Shown here one piece after another: positions 22,475-36,896 of a stretch of 64,000 bases of DNA (the stretch's first letter is position 1; every line of letters begins with the position of its first letter). Below the pieces are notes generated by a model that saw only the letters and a list, made by a program, of their open reading frames with translations, had not been told where the DNA came from and did no database searches. The stretch spans positions 27,096 through 91,095 of the forward strand of contig JAUCBJ010000002.1 in assembly GCA_032718475.1 (NCBI GenBank), in the 5' to 3' direction. This DNA is from Nemertoderma westbladi. Taxonomy: Eukaryota > Animalia > Xenacoelomorpha. A program made the position numbers and the translations under genes.

Positions 22475-24084
22475 TGTTGCCGTTATCCCAACACCAGGGG
22501 GGAAAAACGCCGATGCTGGAGACGTGACTTTACAGACCACTGAGCCCCGGCCAGTCACCGGATATTGATTTTGGAGAAGGAATGATTTCTGAGATGCAGG
22601 GTTGCGGTTGAGAAAAAGCTGCATTAGTTGGATATACTCTTTAATGTAACTGAACTCTGTTGAACCTTGTTAACAATATTGAACCCTGATTAAGAATAAT
22701 TTTGGGCTTCCCCAAATCAATATACACCAAATATTCACAATAATTATACACGATAATATAAATCCCTACAGTATATTATTTAATTACCCACTGTTCGCTC
22801 AGATTTTAGCTTACCTAATGTTCCCCAGATTTTCCCTCGGTCCTAGTCTTAGTGCCGTAGTGTCGGTGTCGGTCGACCCTGTCGCGTGTCCGTTCCACCC
22901 CTCACGAACCCCGAAGGGAACGATCATCGAGAACCAGCACGGCTTGGCTAAGGGTCGGTCCAGTTGGTAGACTCTGTCGCGTATCCGTACCACCCCTCTC
23001 GAACCCCGAAGGGTTCGGTCATCGAGAACCAGTACGGCTTGGCTAGGAGTCTGTCGTGTCGGTGGACCCGTTCGCGTGTCCGTTCCACCCCTCACGAACC
23101 CCGAAGGGTTCGATCATCGAGAACCAGAACGGCTTGGCTAGGGGTCCGTCGTTTCATCACAGAAACCCAACCACCTAGGCTTTCCGAGTCCCTTTCAGGC
23201 TCGTAGTCGCTTCGGCAGCCGAGAAACTGCTCCGAACAGTCGGTAGGCCAGTAGAGTCTAGTCGAGTCTAGTCCTTTGTCTTTCGACCCCATCGCGTGTC
23301 CGTTCCACCCCTCACGAACCCCGAAGGGAACGATCATCGAGAACCAGTACGGCTTGGCTAAGGGGTCTGTTGTCGGTTCCCGTCGCAAATCCCAGTACAA
23401 GCAGTCAGCGTTCCGAGTTCTTTTCAGTCTCGTAGTAGCTGCCATTGACCAGAGACCGCTAAGGGCAGTTCTCGTCAAACCCGTCCTGTGGCCAGCCCTT
23501 TCGCATGTCCGTCCCACCCCTCGCGAACCCCGAAGGGATCGGTCATCGAGAACCAGTACGGCTTAGCTCAGGGGGCAGTCGTTAGTTGGCCACCCGTTCG
23601 CGTGTCCGCTCCACCCCTCACAAACCCCGAAGGGAACGATCATCGAGAACCAGAACGGCTTGGCTACTAAGGGGCCGTCGTTTCCCGTCGCAAATCCCTG
23701 ACACAAGCAGTCAGCGGTCCGAGTTCTTTTCAGTCTCGTAATGGCTGCTGTTGGCCAGGGACCGCTAAGGGCAGTCCTTGTCCTTTAGGCCTGGCGCATT
23801 ACCAAATCCACCCCTACAGGCAGCAGGAAGTTGGCCAGGGCCTAATAGTACTCAGGCTAACCTGAATACTGCTTGCATTTTCCATCCCCCCCTGGCCCTT
23901 ATAACTATGAAATTATTCCCGTACCCTGTAAGTTGCCCCAAAGTTCGCCCATAAATCGCCCCCAGTTTATTGAATGTGCCCAAAACCCATGGTCCCGCAC
24001 CCAGTAGTAATATCGGAATAATCAATTTTAAATAAATACAAAAATATTCAACTCGCGTTATGGAAAGTTGAAATACCGCGAACA
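22475..24084 (-). repeat. BEL-1 5' LTR (1610 bp), containing the same six-hairpin array at ~22874-23676
   Basis: Direct repeat of 9485-11093. Confidence 0.97.
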
Positions 24085-24339
24085 GGTTAAACTCATACAA
24101 ATCTCATTATCGGAATTTAAACACGAAACTAAAGATAAAATAGAAACAATGGCGAAAAAATTGATTCCCTGATTCCTTCTAGCAATACCAGCAATACCAT
24201 GATTCTTCCCCGTGGCTGACCCGAATAACCCTGGCAATAATACCAGGGTCATTCGGGTCAGCCACTGGCCCAGGGAAACCAATAGAAGGAGAAGATCGCC
24301 ATCCAACTCAACAACACGATTGGAGTTCAAAAACGCCCT

Positions 24340-26580
24340 TTACTAAATCGAAACCACTACTCAACTGTTATAGTGTCAATGCTCAATCATTGTGCAATAA
24401 ATTTCATGATCTGGATTTATTACTTTCTAATGGTGACTTTGATTTAATAACAGAAACATGGCTTACAGACTCTGTGCCTGATGCTCAGATAAATGGCGAT
24501 AATAATTACGTGGTATTTCGTAGAGATCGTAAATCTAGGGGTGGGGGGGTCTGCATTACTTATAAGGAAAAATATCAAATGTGTTGCTGTTCCAGTTAGT
24601 TATGATGGGGAATCAGAGATGGTTGCAGTGGATCTTGTGGGTAACACCCCCGTACGTATTGTTTGTTTGCACCCAACTCCATCTCAACCAACGACGATCT
24701 CATCTGTAATGCCATTACTATTTTGTGCGATGTTAGTTTTCCTTGTATTATTTTTGGGGATTTTAACTTACCAGAATTTTACTGGGGAAATTTCACTTAC
24801 CCCGATAACCTGGTGTACAATAGATTTTCCCACTTTATTTTAGAGAACGGTCTGTCACAACTGCAATTTGAACATACCAGAGGAACTTGTGTTAGACTTA
24901 GTTTTCACCACGGAATCATATGGTTGTTTCCTGTATAACCACATCAGCCGGATTTTCCACCAGTGATAATGATTCGGCAGTTATTTTTAATATTATAGCG
25001 CCAGTTCAGTATTCGGTTAATGGTGGCAAATCATGGTTACTATGATTTTAAACATGCTAATTATAACAATTTTATTTCATTTATTGACAGTTTTAATTGG
25101 TGCCGACAATTTGAACTATGTGATACAGTTGACGATTTTTGGACAAATTTTAGCTCCATTTTAAAGAAAGTTTGTGCCATTTAAGAAATTTAACCCTAAA
25201 CTGAAAATGCATCAGGCTTTTGTCAAAAAACTCCAGCGAAAAGAAAAATTTTGTGGCGGCGCAGACACACAACTGACGGTTTGTTAGAATACAAAAAATG
25301 TGCTCGCTTAGCATCCAGTGTTGCATTTAGAGCGGCCTGCATTAACGAAAACAAAATTCTCTCCTCCGGAAAGCCAGATGCAAATTTCAGGTATGTCAAC
25401 TCCAAACGTATTAATAAGTCTGGTATATCACTGCTGAAGTTTGGTGGCAGCACTGTTGTCGATAACGCCACCAAGGCTCATATTTTATTAAATGTATTGT
25501 CCGAAAATGTTACTATTGATAACAATATTGTACCCAATCTTCCCCGTAGAGTACCCGTAGGAATTAATATATCAACAATAGATATTTCTCCTGTAAATGT
25601 TTATAATATGCTTCGAAAGATTCCGGCCAAGATCAGTAGGACTCCAGATGGATTGCCCAGCCTTCTTTTTTCAAAATTAGCACGCTGTATATCTGCACCA
25701 TTATCCGCTATATTTACCATCTCATTTGAAACGAAAATGCTCCCTTCAATTTGGCTCACAGCTGATGTCATCCCGCTGTTTAAAAAAGGCAATTCATCTG
25801 ATCCCTACAACTACCGGCCTATTTCATTAACATGTATATCCTGTAAGTTAATGGAAATGTGTATTAAATATGAGTTATCTGAATATTTACTTAGGAACAA
25901 GTTAATTACAAAGGCACAGCACGGGTTTTTAAAGCTCAAATCTACATGTACTCAGTTATTGGAATCCGTTAAAGAATGGTATAAAATGGTTGATAATGGC
26001 GACGCCTTTGACGTAGTGTACTGTACATTGACTTCCCAAAGGCATTCGATTCAGTAGTACTGTCTCTGTTTGGTCCCCATTGTTATTAACGTCTATAGAC
26101 TTGGTTGAGAATGTACAAAGATATTTTACACGTAGACTTTATTTGCGGTGCGGTTTGTCCTATAGTAGCTACCTCGACCGACTCAACTTTCTCGTGTTAC
26201 AACCTCTTGAACTAAGGCGTATTATTTTCGATCTTAAGATGGTATATTCCATTGAACGAAATTTAATCGACCTTAATTTTGATGATTTTTTTACACGCCC
26301 CTCTAGACCCTGTCTCAAAGGACATAACCATAAACTATTCATAAAGCGAACTAGACTTAATCAATGCAAAAAATTGTGCCAATTTGGAACTCATTGCCCG
26401 ATAGCATCGTAGAATCTAATAATAGAGATATTTTTATGCATCGCTTGTCTGATCATAACTTATTGGAATTTTGTCAATTTAAACGCAATATGTAATTATT
26501 ATTATTTTTTATCTTATGAATAGACTATTAGTACATTATTACTTGGTGTGGTACTATACGGGGCCTAAATAAATACATTT
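24340..26580 (+). pseudogene. Degenerate CR1-like LINE ORF2 (APE endonuclease plus partial RT, internal deletion)
   Basis: ITETWL, FRRDRKSRGGGV, GDFNLP, FKKG...NYRPISLTCISCKLME, QHGF, then a jump to the C-terminal ENVQRYFTRRL...LELRR. AATAAA near 26568. Confidence 0.85.
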
Positions 26581-26869
26581 TTGATTTTGCTACTGTATAT
26601 ATATTTTTGCTAGTGTATATATATTTCTATGTAAAACCTATAAAACAGCCTATAAGTGCTTTCACAGCCTGGGTTGTCTTCTCCTCACCTTTTACTATTA
26701 CTTATGTTATCATATCTGTATTCTGTATTTTAATTTTAATATCGATGAGTGTTTTAAATAAAATAAAATAAAATAAATGTTCCACTTTCGAAGTGGTCAT
26801 ATCTAAAATCACTACAGATCATTCATAACTAATGTATTGACAGTATAATCTCGCTCAACAATTCCTAAA

Positions 26870-27160
26870 CTACGACATCCTAGTGTACGGTATTCCTGAG
26901 CGTAATAATGCATACAATTCCGTATTTTCTTGTCCTTTGCCGTCTTGGAAAACTTGGGAATCAATGAATCAGCAATCGATTTTGTCTATCATCATAGGCG
27001 TCAGTTAGAGAGAGCCAGCCAATTTGGAACCCACTCTGATGGTAACTCTTCTTCTAAAAATCCCCACAGCCAACTAATTCTTGTGAAGTTTATGAAACAA
27101 CAATCACGAATTACTGCACTATCCAGCAAATTAGACAAAGGAATATATGTCTGTGAGCTG
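26870..27160 (+). pseudogene. Possible LINE ORF1 (RRM-type) remnant; copy at ~44368-44660
   Basis: ILVYGIPE...IDFVYH...LILVKF pattern, frameshifted. Confidence 0.4.
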
Positions 27161-28047
27161 CCATTTTTGGTGACTATTAGCGTGATCATCCTACACCATC
27201 ATTATTCAAACATGCAGATTCAGCTATCTTTTTTAATATAGGTAAGAAATCCCTACAATACCTAATCCCACAATAAATAAACGGTTTTTCACGACAGTAG
27301 TTTAATTAACACAATAATCACATGCAATCCTTCACAACTTCGCTACCAGGTAACTCTCAAACTCGTGGGAGTACCCCATAGTGGGTGGACAGTTTTATCT
27401 CCCAACTGGAACTGGTAAACTCAAGTTTTACATTATCAGGTGTATCAAACTAGTATTGGATATTCTTTCAGTTGAGATATTTCTAGCTACTGTAACAATT
27501 CTCCACCAGCACATCTCAATGGTAAAATGAGGTTTGATTAGATGAGGATGTAAAATGCATATCATATATCGACCTTTATTGAACAAAATTTCACAATCCA
27601 AGAGAGAAGCTGGACAGGAGTGACGGAGGCTATATAAAGACAGTGATTGTGCTGGTGGTAAGCAGTGAGTGTAACAAAACAGTTGAGTCGATGAACAACT
27701 ACATAGTGCTGAGCGTGTTAGAAGGTCATGATTTATTTAGTGAAAACGAAAAGAAGTGGACTTGGGCTAAGGATCTAAGGACATGGAAGCAGGGGTCAGG
27801 GGGCCCATCAGATGATCAGCATAGACAATGGTCTGTCATGAGCTTCAGAGAATGTACGGGTCCTGATGTAACTTGATGAGCTACATTGAGACGAATTTAT
27901 GGTGGACAAATGAATAATTTTGTGGAACAACAATAAATTATTTAATAAATATTAAAAATTAACAATAAATAATGAATATTATTTTAATTGTAATTTCAAA
28001 AACATTGAAAATACCAAAATAAGCAATAAAAATGCTAATAAATTCAC

Positions 28048-29359
28048 CTAGCCTATGCGACATCTAAAAGCAAACACAGCCACCAAAGAGAAAATGAAAG
28101 GCAACCCCAACAAACTGAGAAGCGAAGAAGCTGCTGGCAATCCAAAGTAGTCGTTGAGAAAGCCACCAAAAATTGGGCCTATAAGTATTCCAATCGAATG
28201 TGATATTCGTAACATTTGTTGGAGAAGGGATCTTGTGTCGACATTGTCTGGGTAGCCACAAACATTGACAGCCAGTTGCCTTTGCGTTTCCACTGCAGGG
28301 GTCATGAATAATCCTGTACCAAATCCAAATAGTGCACATCCTGTGATAGAGATGGTAAGATCTTGAGGTAAACCTAGAAGTTCTGTAGGTCCTATTAGTT
28401 GCATTGCTAATGCTACTACCATTATACCGAATACGGTTGGTAAGATAGTCTTCAATTTCTTCATCAATAAACTTATTATTAAACCTATGAAGGATTGAAG
28501 ACTAGGAAATATCATATAAATACGACCAATATTGTACTGGTTCACATTGTAGGTGTGATAAATGTAGGCAGCATAGTTTGTAACTATAAATGATGCAAGT
28601 ATTGACCAATACGTGTGCGAAATAAATATGAACATTATTGCTGGATTCTTCAGAACCCCAAGATAAGTTGGTCTGGCTTCTTGAGATTCACATCTGTCAT
28701 AAATGTAAGCCGGTGACTCTATCGAGCAGTAAAAGACGATAATGAGAAACATTAAACCCGATATTATAAATGGGAATTTAAAACCAAACGCTTCAAAAAC
28801 GGAAGAACCAAAAACAGGCGCAACCATGTTTCCCAGTGCGGCACTAATAATTGCCACGCTGGCTAATAAAGTTCTTTGTGTCGGCCATAATTCCATCAAA
28901 AGACCGAATGAATACATATAACTGATGTTGAGTCCAACAGCTTCGATGATACGCAGTGAAAAACAAGCAAATATATATAATCCATTTCTATTATTTGGAA
29001 TATATTCTACAAACCCAAATGCTAACTGTGAAACAGCCCCAATAATACCGAATAGACCCAAAGAGATGTGAGTTCCCCAGTTGTTGATAGAATGAGGGAG
29101 GACAAGTGATGTATATTACAAGTCTTACAGCAGCAAACATAGACAGTAATGCACCAATCAAAGTCTTTGACCAATCTCGTTCTTCAACAACAATTTGAAA
29201 GAAGGTCTCTAATAGATTATGACACCAACCTGGTGTCATTTGATGCACCAACAACATGGCGACTAACAGGTAAAGTCTCCAGCCTTTTCGATGGCCAGTA
29301 TTACTTGCAATATTTTTATTCATTGAACTTGAAGTTATGGGAGCCGCTTCGTCTGTCAT
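28048..29359 (-). pseudogene. SLC18B1-like MFS transporter type 2, frameshifted
   Basis: Near-identical to the intact 45546-46853 copy but with a 4-nt duplication (GAGG) at ~29094-29101 that splits the ORF. Confidence 0.85.
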
Positions 29360-31423
29360 CTTCTATAAATTGTGTTTGTACAGTAAACTGTATACCTACA
29401 ACGAATCACATGAATAATATTATATTGTATTAATATCAAATTAAGAGGCGGCAGTGTTCGTAGATTTTGTCAGGGTGGTGAGAAGGTGGAAATTGTACTA
29501 ATTTCATACCCCGAGTTGAAAATGTACCTCCCATATCACTTGCACTGAGTTCGGCCAGGGAACCTGCTGTCGGACAGACCATTCGAGAGATATGGATGGA
29601 CCCCAGAGGAAGTGTCGTGATTAATAATGATTGTGTGACTTACAATGTATATTGTTTCTGATATAATCTAGTCTAACTATGTATCACACCAATACACCAA
29701 TAATGTCATCGCAACTACGTTGCAGACAAAGTACAAACCAATAACTCTTACTAAAGCAAATTCAAATATAACAAACAATAAGACAAGAGTGGTCTCAAGA
29801 GTAAAGTGGTGTGGTGATATTTGATGAAGAAACTACACTCTAGGAATGAGCTATACACCCAATGTCGACATATTAAATATGCTGGTTAATCTGCCATTAG
29901 CACAGTTTAGTCATCTATATACTAAATCAAGGCATATCTGCTATACACTAAACTATGATAATCACGCAGCTGTAAAGGCTTTCCCACTAAAGTATATTAT
30001 CCCCTTCTACTGTACAACATCCATCACCTTCTAATCGTTGCACCTATTTGGGCCATTAGTTAAATATTAATTCGCAGTGTTGAACCAGCCTCAACATACT
30101 ATATTATTTGTTCACCCATCATCCATGAACCTATACACTACACCTTCGTACATAGTCTATGCACGTCTACATGTCTACACGTCTACCTATGCGCGTCGAA
30201 GGTATGCGCATATCGCACTATGTAGCCAATGTTAGATCCTCGGTAATTACTCTTCTAATATCGTCTTATATTGGTTTTGATATTATCACTAACAGGCAGA
30301 GGCAGGGGCTTGTTTTATTGCCAAAGCAGACTCTGATTATCTGGTAAATGAATTATTAATGAACCAAATACGAAAGTAATGTAATCAAACAAGGAAATTT
30401 TCCCAACATGTAAAATGTGTTTGAAATTTATTTGTTAAAGTTATTTTCTTTTCAAGGAAATTTTTTAACAAGTCCTGCCCCAAGGTAAAATTTTAGGGGA
30501 TATAATTCAAAAACTGAGCAATAAATGTGTTATTCAATATTATTTACATTTCTTAAAGGGTTTTTTGGTATTTTTTTTTTTTGGGGGGGGGGGGGGGTGG
30601 GGGGGGGGTGAAGTTAAATATGTATGTCTTGGTATTTAGGGGTTAAAATAAATTTATTCTAATAAGTAGGCCTACAGTAGATTCTGTTAACTGTCGCAGA
30701 AGTAGGGATAACATTTGCCCTCATTCTCTTATATTTTCGATAAATGTATATTTAATTTGGTAAAAAGGGTATTTTAACAAACTATTGGCATGGCGGAAAT
30801 ATTTTTAGATCACATCATGCTGTGAGAACCATGGAGAATCGGAATCCTACAAGGATCTCATTTCCTCTGTCCGAGCTCGCTCCACCTAATAGTAGAAGTA
30901 GTATGCCATGAGAACCCTTAATGCGAAAGTTAGCCTAACTTTGGAACAGTGATACATATGATTTTCTAGGATCAAAATATTGCATCAGTGCCTCACCCTA
31001 CATCCTAAAAGGAACATAAGAATTACATTTACCTGTTTTTGCGGAATTCTAGTCAATGTGGATCTCTAAGTTACCTGACACACCCGACCCGCCCCGTGGG
31101 TAATATAAATGTATCCCCTAGCAGACGACACTATCTGACTTTTAGTAAAAAAAATAGGTTTACTTGTAATTTTTCTTATATTCTTATCTAAAGAGTTCTA
31201 AATTAACAGTCCTTGTACTGCAAATGAATGCGATTGGTCATATACTTTGAGACGAATTAGTGGTAGTCAATTGAATAACTATGAGGTCCAACAATAAATA
31301 TATTATTTATTAAATATTCAAAATTAATAATAAATATTATTTTAAATATATATTTAAAAAATTCATCAGATATTTTTGTGCAATTTATCGTGAAATAAGC
31401 AATCAAAATGCTAATAAATTCAC

Positions 31424-32732
31424 CTAACCAACGCGACATCTAAAGGCAAACACAGCCACCAAAGAGAAAATGAAAGGCAACCCCAACAAACTGAGAAGCG
31501 AAGAAGCTGCTGGCAATCCAAAGTAGTCGTTGAGAAAGCCACCAAAAATTGGGCCAATAATTATTCCAATTGAATGAGATATTCGTAACATTTGTTGGAG
31601 AAGAGATCTTGTGTCGACATTGTCTGGATAGCCACAAACATTGACAACCAGTTGCGTTTGCGTTTCCAGTGCAGGGCTTAGGAATAATCCTGTACCAAAT
31701 CCATAGAGTGCATAACCGGTGATAGAGATGGTAAGATCATGAGGTAAACCTAGAAGTTCTGTGGGTCCTATTAGTTGCATTGCTAATGCTACTACCATTA
31801 TACCGAATATAGTTGGAAAGATAGTTTTCAATTTCTTCATCATTAAACTTATTATTATACCTGTGAACAATACAATACTAGGAGCTACCATATATATCCG
31901 ACCAATATTATACTGGTTCATATTGTAGGAGTGATGAATATAGGCAGCATTGTTTGTAAGTGTAAAAGATTGAAGTGTTGACCAATACGTATTCAAATTA
32001 AATATAAGTGTAATTGCTGGATTCTTTAGAAGTCCTAGGTAGGTTGGTCTGACTTCTTTCGATTCACATCTGTCATGAATGTAAGCTGGTGACTCCATCC
32101 AGCAGTAAAAGACGATAACCATAAACATCAAACCCGATATTATAAATGGTGAATTGAAAACCCAAAGCTGCAAAAACTGTTGATCCAAAAACCGCTGCTA
32201 CCATGTTCCCCAGGGTCATAATAATATTTGCCACACTGGCTAATAAAGTTCTTTGTGTCGGCCATAATTCCATCAATAGACCAAATGAATACATATAACT
32301 GATGTTGAGTCCAACAGCTTCGATGATACGAAGTGAAAAACAAGCAAATATATATAATCCATTTCTATTATTAGGAATATAAAATACAAACCCAAATGCT
32401 AACTGGGAAACAGCCCCAATAATACCGAATAGGCCCAAAGATATACGAGTTCCCCAGTTGTTTATAGAATGAGGACAAGTGATGTATATTACAAGTCTGA
32501 CAACAGCAAACATAGACAGTAATGCACCAATCAAAGTCTTTGACCAATCACGTTCTTCAACAACTATTGGGAAAAAGGTCTCTAATAGATTATGACACCA
32601 ACCTGGTGTCATTTGATACACCAACAACATGGCGACTAACAGGTAAAGTCTCCAGCCTTTTCGATGGTCAGTTTTATTTACATGATCTTTAATCATTGAA
32701 CTTGAAGTTATGGGAGCCGTTTCATCTGTCAT
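31424..32732 (-). pseudogene. SLC18B1-like MFS transporter type 1, frameshifted
   Basis: A 1-nt insertion at ~32150 (TTC ACC ATT vs TTC CCA TTT in the copy at 1-689) splits it into 219-aa and 254-aa ORFs. Confidence 0.85.
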
Positions 32733-33529
32733 CTTCTATATTCAATTCAACCCAGTGTACGAAGAGGCAAGATTGACAAAACAAAAATGTTATGGACACC
32801 ATACACATTAACTCAGTTATAGATAAGTATGGATGGAAATAAAATTTTGGATTGACATATATAGCAGTATATATAGTGCCTGGTGTTCCATAATGATTGC
32901 CCCCCCACCGCCCTCCCTCTGATCAGCCAAAACTGCCAGACATGCACCTTAGTTTAATATATCGTTCGAAAGATAATTTAATTCTGAGCTTGCATGCAAA
33001 AATTTAGGGTCCATTACAAAAGTATAACAATTGTATATAGGCTATTCTTTAAACCTATCTTACTTTTCAATATTTAATCACAATGTATAAACAGTTATTA
33101 CTGCCTGACTTTTGCTGCATTTCAGTTTATTACAGTATTCAGTTACCGGTATTAGTTTTGGCAATTTTACTGAATTAGGCCTAACAGAAGTAATTAAAAT
33201 GACTAGTTCCAGTGCAATCTTCGATGACTCTGAAGAAAAGCGTAAGGTTGACAGGATCAGATATGTTACTTTTAAAACTGAACTCAAACCAAAACGGCCC
33301 TTTTAACCCTTTCCGGCCTGAATTAATTTAATTTATGAAAAAAAATTGGTTGGTCTTTGTTAATGGGTTAATTATACACCAAATAATAATTTTCGATGAA
33401 AAAATTTTCTATGAAAAAAAGAATTACTTTGTGTCACAACACTGTTAGATAGAGGTGAATCTGCTACACCCCCGCCCAGCTACATTGATATTAGGTTGTA
33501 ATGACTCAAACTCATGCCACAAACAAGAT

Positions 33530-34070
33530 AGGGTTCATTCGAAAATTATCCTGGGTGTTAAGGTTTGTCATCAACATTAAATCAAAAAGAAAGGGAAAAC
33601 TCATTCGAATTAAAAATTAACCCAATGCAATGTTGACTTCAACATGGCTGAAAAATCAATTATCCAATTAGTTCTACAGGAATTTACAGAATTTACATTC
33701 TACAGGAAATTAAAACTAAATATCCAAATTGGATACAACAACAGAATATTTTCATGGTTAACAACGATATAATTCGTTCGATGGGTCGTATACAAGGTCC
33801 CTTTGGGTCATGGCAAACTATTAACAACCCTATTGTTTTACCGACTATTCATAACTTCACAAAACTAGTCATTGAAGAGACTCACGGCATGGTAATGCCT
33901 TCTAAGGTTCGTGAAACATTGGTTCAAGTTAGGATTAAATTTTGGATCCCTTGATGTCGTCAGAAAATGAAATCAGTAATTAAAGGTTGTGTACCATGCA
34001 AACATGTCCAATGAAAGCCATATACTTACTTGTCCTGCAATTAATCATTTACCATTGGAAAGAGTAACAC
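33530..34070 (+). pseudogene. Decayed BEL/Pao integrase (zinc-binding region) fragment
   Basis: IIRSMGRI...PIVLP..H.FTKLVIEETH......VRETLVQVRIKFWIP..RQKMKSVIKGCVPCK. Confidence 0.6.
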
Positions 34071-36896
34071 AAAAAGTTGAACATGTTGTATGAATGAATA
34101 TGAATCTATTTTTGTAGTCCATTAACCCTATTTAAACCGTTAGCCCCCCCCCCCCCCCCCCCCAGCCCCCCTCCCCGGGTTTTTTTTGTTATAACACTGT
34201 AACAGACACTGTTGGGAATCTGAAATTATTAATTATGGTCTTCCTAATAGTGAAAGAAGTTTTTTAAAATATTGGGTAGTTTTCGAGTTAAGGCACCATT
34301 TTTAACCCTACCTTTGGCACTTTTTTTGAGACGTTTCGAGACGCTAGAAATTTCAAACTTGTTTTTTTCGACAGGTGCTAAATTTTGGTGCCAGTGCCAA
34401 TTTTTCATATATACCAATTTTGTAAATTGATTGTATGAACCTGTTTTTTTTGCGCTATAGTTTTTTTGCCACAATTTGGGGTTCTGGTTTCGTTGTACCA
34501 GGCATATCAAACTTGTATTTTTCGGTGCTGTGTGCAAATTTTTTCAAGATGTGTGTGCAAGATTTGGAAATCCATTCAATAGTTGAATTGATTGGTTTAA
34601 CGGTGTTCTGAATTCAATGGAATATATAATACATAATTTTGAAACCCGTCAAATATACCAACACTACTGTAATTGTACACTACTTGAAATTTTGGTGCTG
34701 CAAAATATCCAGCACAGTCAACTTTTTCGAAATTTTTTTTCCATCTCATTCAGACTAGTAAAATTTTCGTACAAACAAAATATAAAGACGTTTTCGTAAA
34801 AACTTGTAGATGGGGATCAATGTGACCCCCCCCCCCCCCCCCCCTCCCGGTATTTGTACAACATTTTTTATAGACCGGTACTAATAGGTTTAACAGTAAC
34901 TCGAATTACTGACACATATTACAGAATATAATTTGCTAAATTTTTATACTAAACATAATTATTAATGTTGTATACTAATTTAGCTTAAGATTCATTCAAA
35001 TTATCATTACAATATTATTGTCAAATATTTTGTTCTCTTACGAGAACAAAGTGTGGACTACATTGTACGTAATTTAGCAATATTCAATAAGTTATCGCAA
35101 ATGTGTGCAGTAACAGCTGTTTACTTTAACAAACATGAGTTGCCCTTGTATATTTTGGTTGTGTATTAATTAACAAACATGAGTTGCCCTTGTATATTTT
35201 GGTTGTGTATTAATTAAAGTTATATATTATTATTTTTTTATTACAAAATGAATCAACAAGACATTAGTGAAGAAATAGGCTAAATCAATTTGTTTTACAA
35301 TACATTTTGGATTCAAACAAGAAATCCGCTGCTAAAGACGATGGGAACACATCAATAAAATTATGCATCTGCCGGACTATATGTATGATGTATGTATGTT
35401 ATTTATATGTAAGTATAATTAATATGTAATGATGTATACAGTAATATTTTCATATCGGATCTCATATTTATTAATAATGTTGTTTACGATATGGTCTATC
35501 TTACGTTTTGGAATCAGTAATTAGATAATCAAAGGGTTCAATTACAATATAGCACTTTGTAGAACAGTAACAACCATATGCTATGAATAATTTTAAAGAT
35601 ACAATTTATTCCATAAACTGATTTGTACAAAAGGATAATAATTGTACAAATGATATATTTCTTCAATAATAATAAAAATAAATAAACCAGCTTTGTTATT
35701 ATATTAACAAAATAGTAAGAAGTAATTAATGCACTACCTGAACAATAATTCCAAAATGTTCACATTGCAGGTACTTTCCGCCATTGCATTAGTAACTTTT
35801 ACAACATTGCGCATTTGCTACACATTTGTGCGGCCCGCCATTGCATTAGTAACTTTTACAACATTGCGCATTTGCTACACATTTGTGCGGCCCGCCATTG
35901 CATTAGTAACTTTTACAACATTGCGCATTTGCTACACATTTGTGGGGCGAGACACGTAGTCGGCGAGCCTTGGCATACGGTTCATATTGGGCAAATTAGC
36001 GCATATCTGCCCGTCCGTATGTCTGTCTGTCTGTCTGGTAAATGTTTGAACACGAATTTCTCGGCATCGCTGTTTTAGAATTGATCCAAACTTAGTAGGG
36101 AAGTTTAGAGTGAAATTTTAGAAAATGTGTATTCTTGTATATATTTTACAGTTTATAGCAATTGATAAAAAACCAAGAAGAACTCATAGAGAACACCTAT
36201 ATATAACTGTATAAAGTGAAACTTGGTTAAAGATGTGACAGTCTGTCAGTCGGTAGTTTCAGTCTTTTGATTAAAACCGCAAATTAGTCGGGCAATCACA
36301 AATTAAATTAGTACACAAATGGACAAAATGAGAAAGCATGTCACCGAGGGTTGAACCAGCACTTTGCTTACGTTTCGGCCTATCAGGCCTCATCACCAGT
36401 GCATTGAAAAGGCAGTCTTAAATTGCATACATCCTATCTCTAACAGCGGACCAAACGGCCTCAAGCATGTTAGGGTGAAATAGGGGAAAGTGGCGGAACT
36501 TGTTAGCGATAGTGATGAGCCCTTATAGGCCGAAACGTACATATAGCGCTGGTCCAACCCAGGTGACGTCCTTTCTCATTTTTCCCATTGCTGAACAAAA
36601 CCATAATATTACATCATTATTAATTACAGTTGCAGTAACAGCTCAACTCCAATTTATTTAATTAATGTTTAATAGTTTAGTGTATAAGAAAACTAAATAC
36701 TTACAAACATAGTAAATATAAACATATATTATTGTAGTCCAGTCAGAATAATTCGATAAAGGATCAACCTCGGACAAATTGCAATATAAATTAATTTAAT
36801 ATAAGCTTCTACCCTCGCGACCTTGCTCAACTGAATTCCCTTGATCACCTGACCACTGGCTGCTAACTTGATGTTCTTCACTAAAACTAATCAATG

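Larger units (their letters stand above)
9485..24084 (-). mobile_element. BEL/Pao LTR retrotransposon BEL-1, full length (14.6 kb), with accessory ORF3
   Basis: TG...CA LTRs at 9485-11093 and 22475-24084. 5-bp TSD GGTTA at 9480-9484 and 24085-24089. Empty site ATGGTTAAACTC at ~41610-41621. Domain order gag-PR-RT-RH-IN with a BEL three-knuckle gag. Confidence 0.97.
1..30808. repeat. Tandem segmental duplication unit 1 (paralogous to 32043-48278; ~17.5 kb period excluding BEL-1)
   Basis: Colinear, near-identical blocks (MFS genes, minisatellite, LINE fragments) recur. Offset is 17494 bp between MFS type-2 starts (29359 vs 46853) and 32043 bp between type-1 starts (689 vs 32732), which span BEL-1. 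Confidence 0.95.

Noticed and set aside
34122-34893. piggyBac-like TTAA-flanked MITE
   Set aside because: The terminal inverted repeats are only loosely complementary and the paralogous unit does not show a clean empty site.
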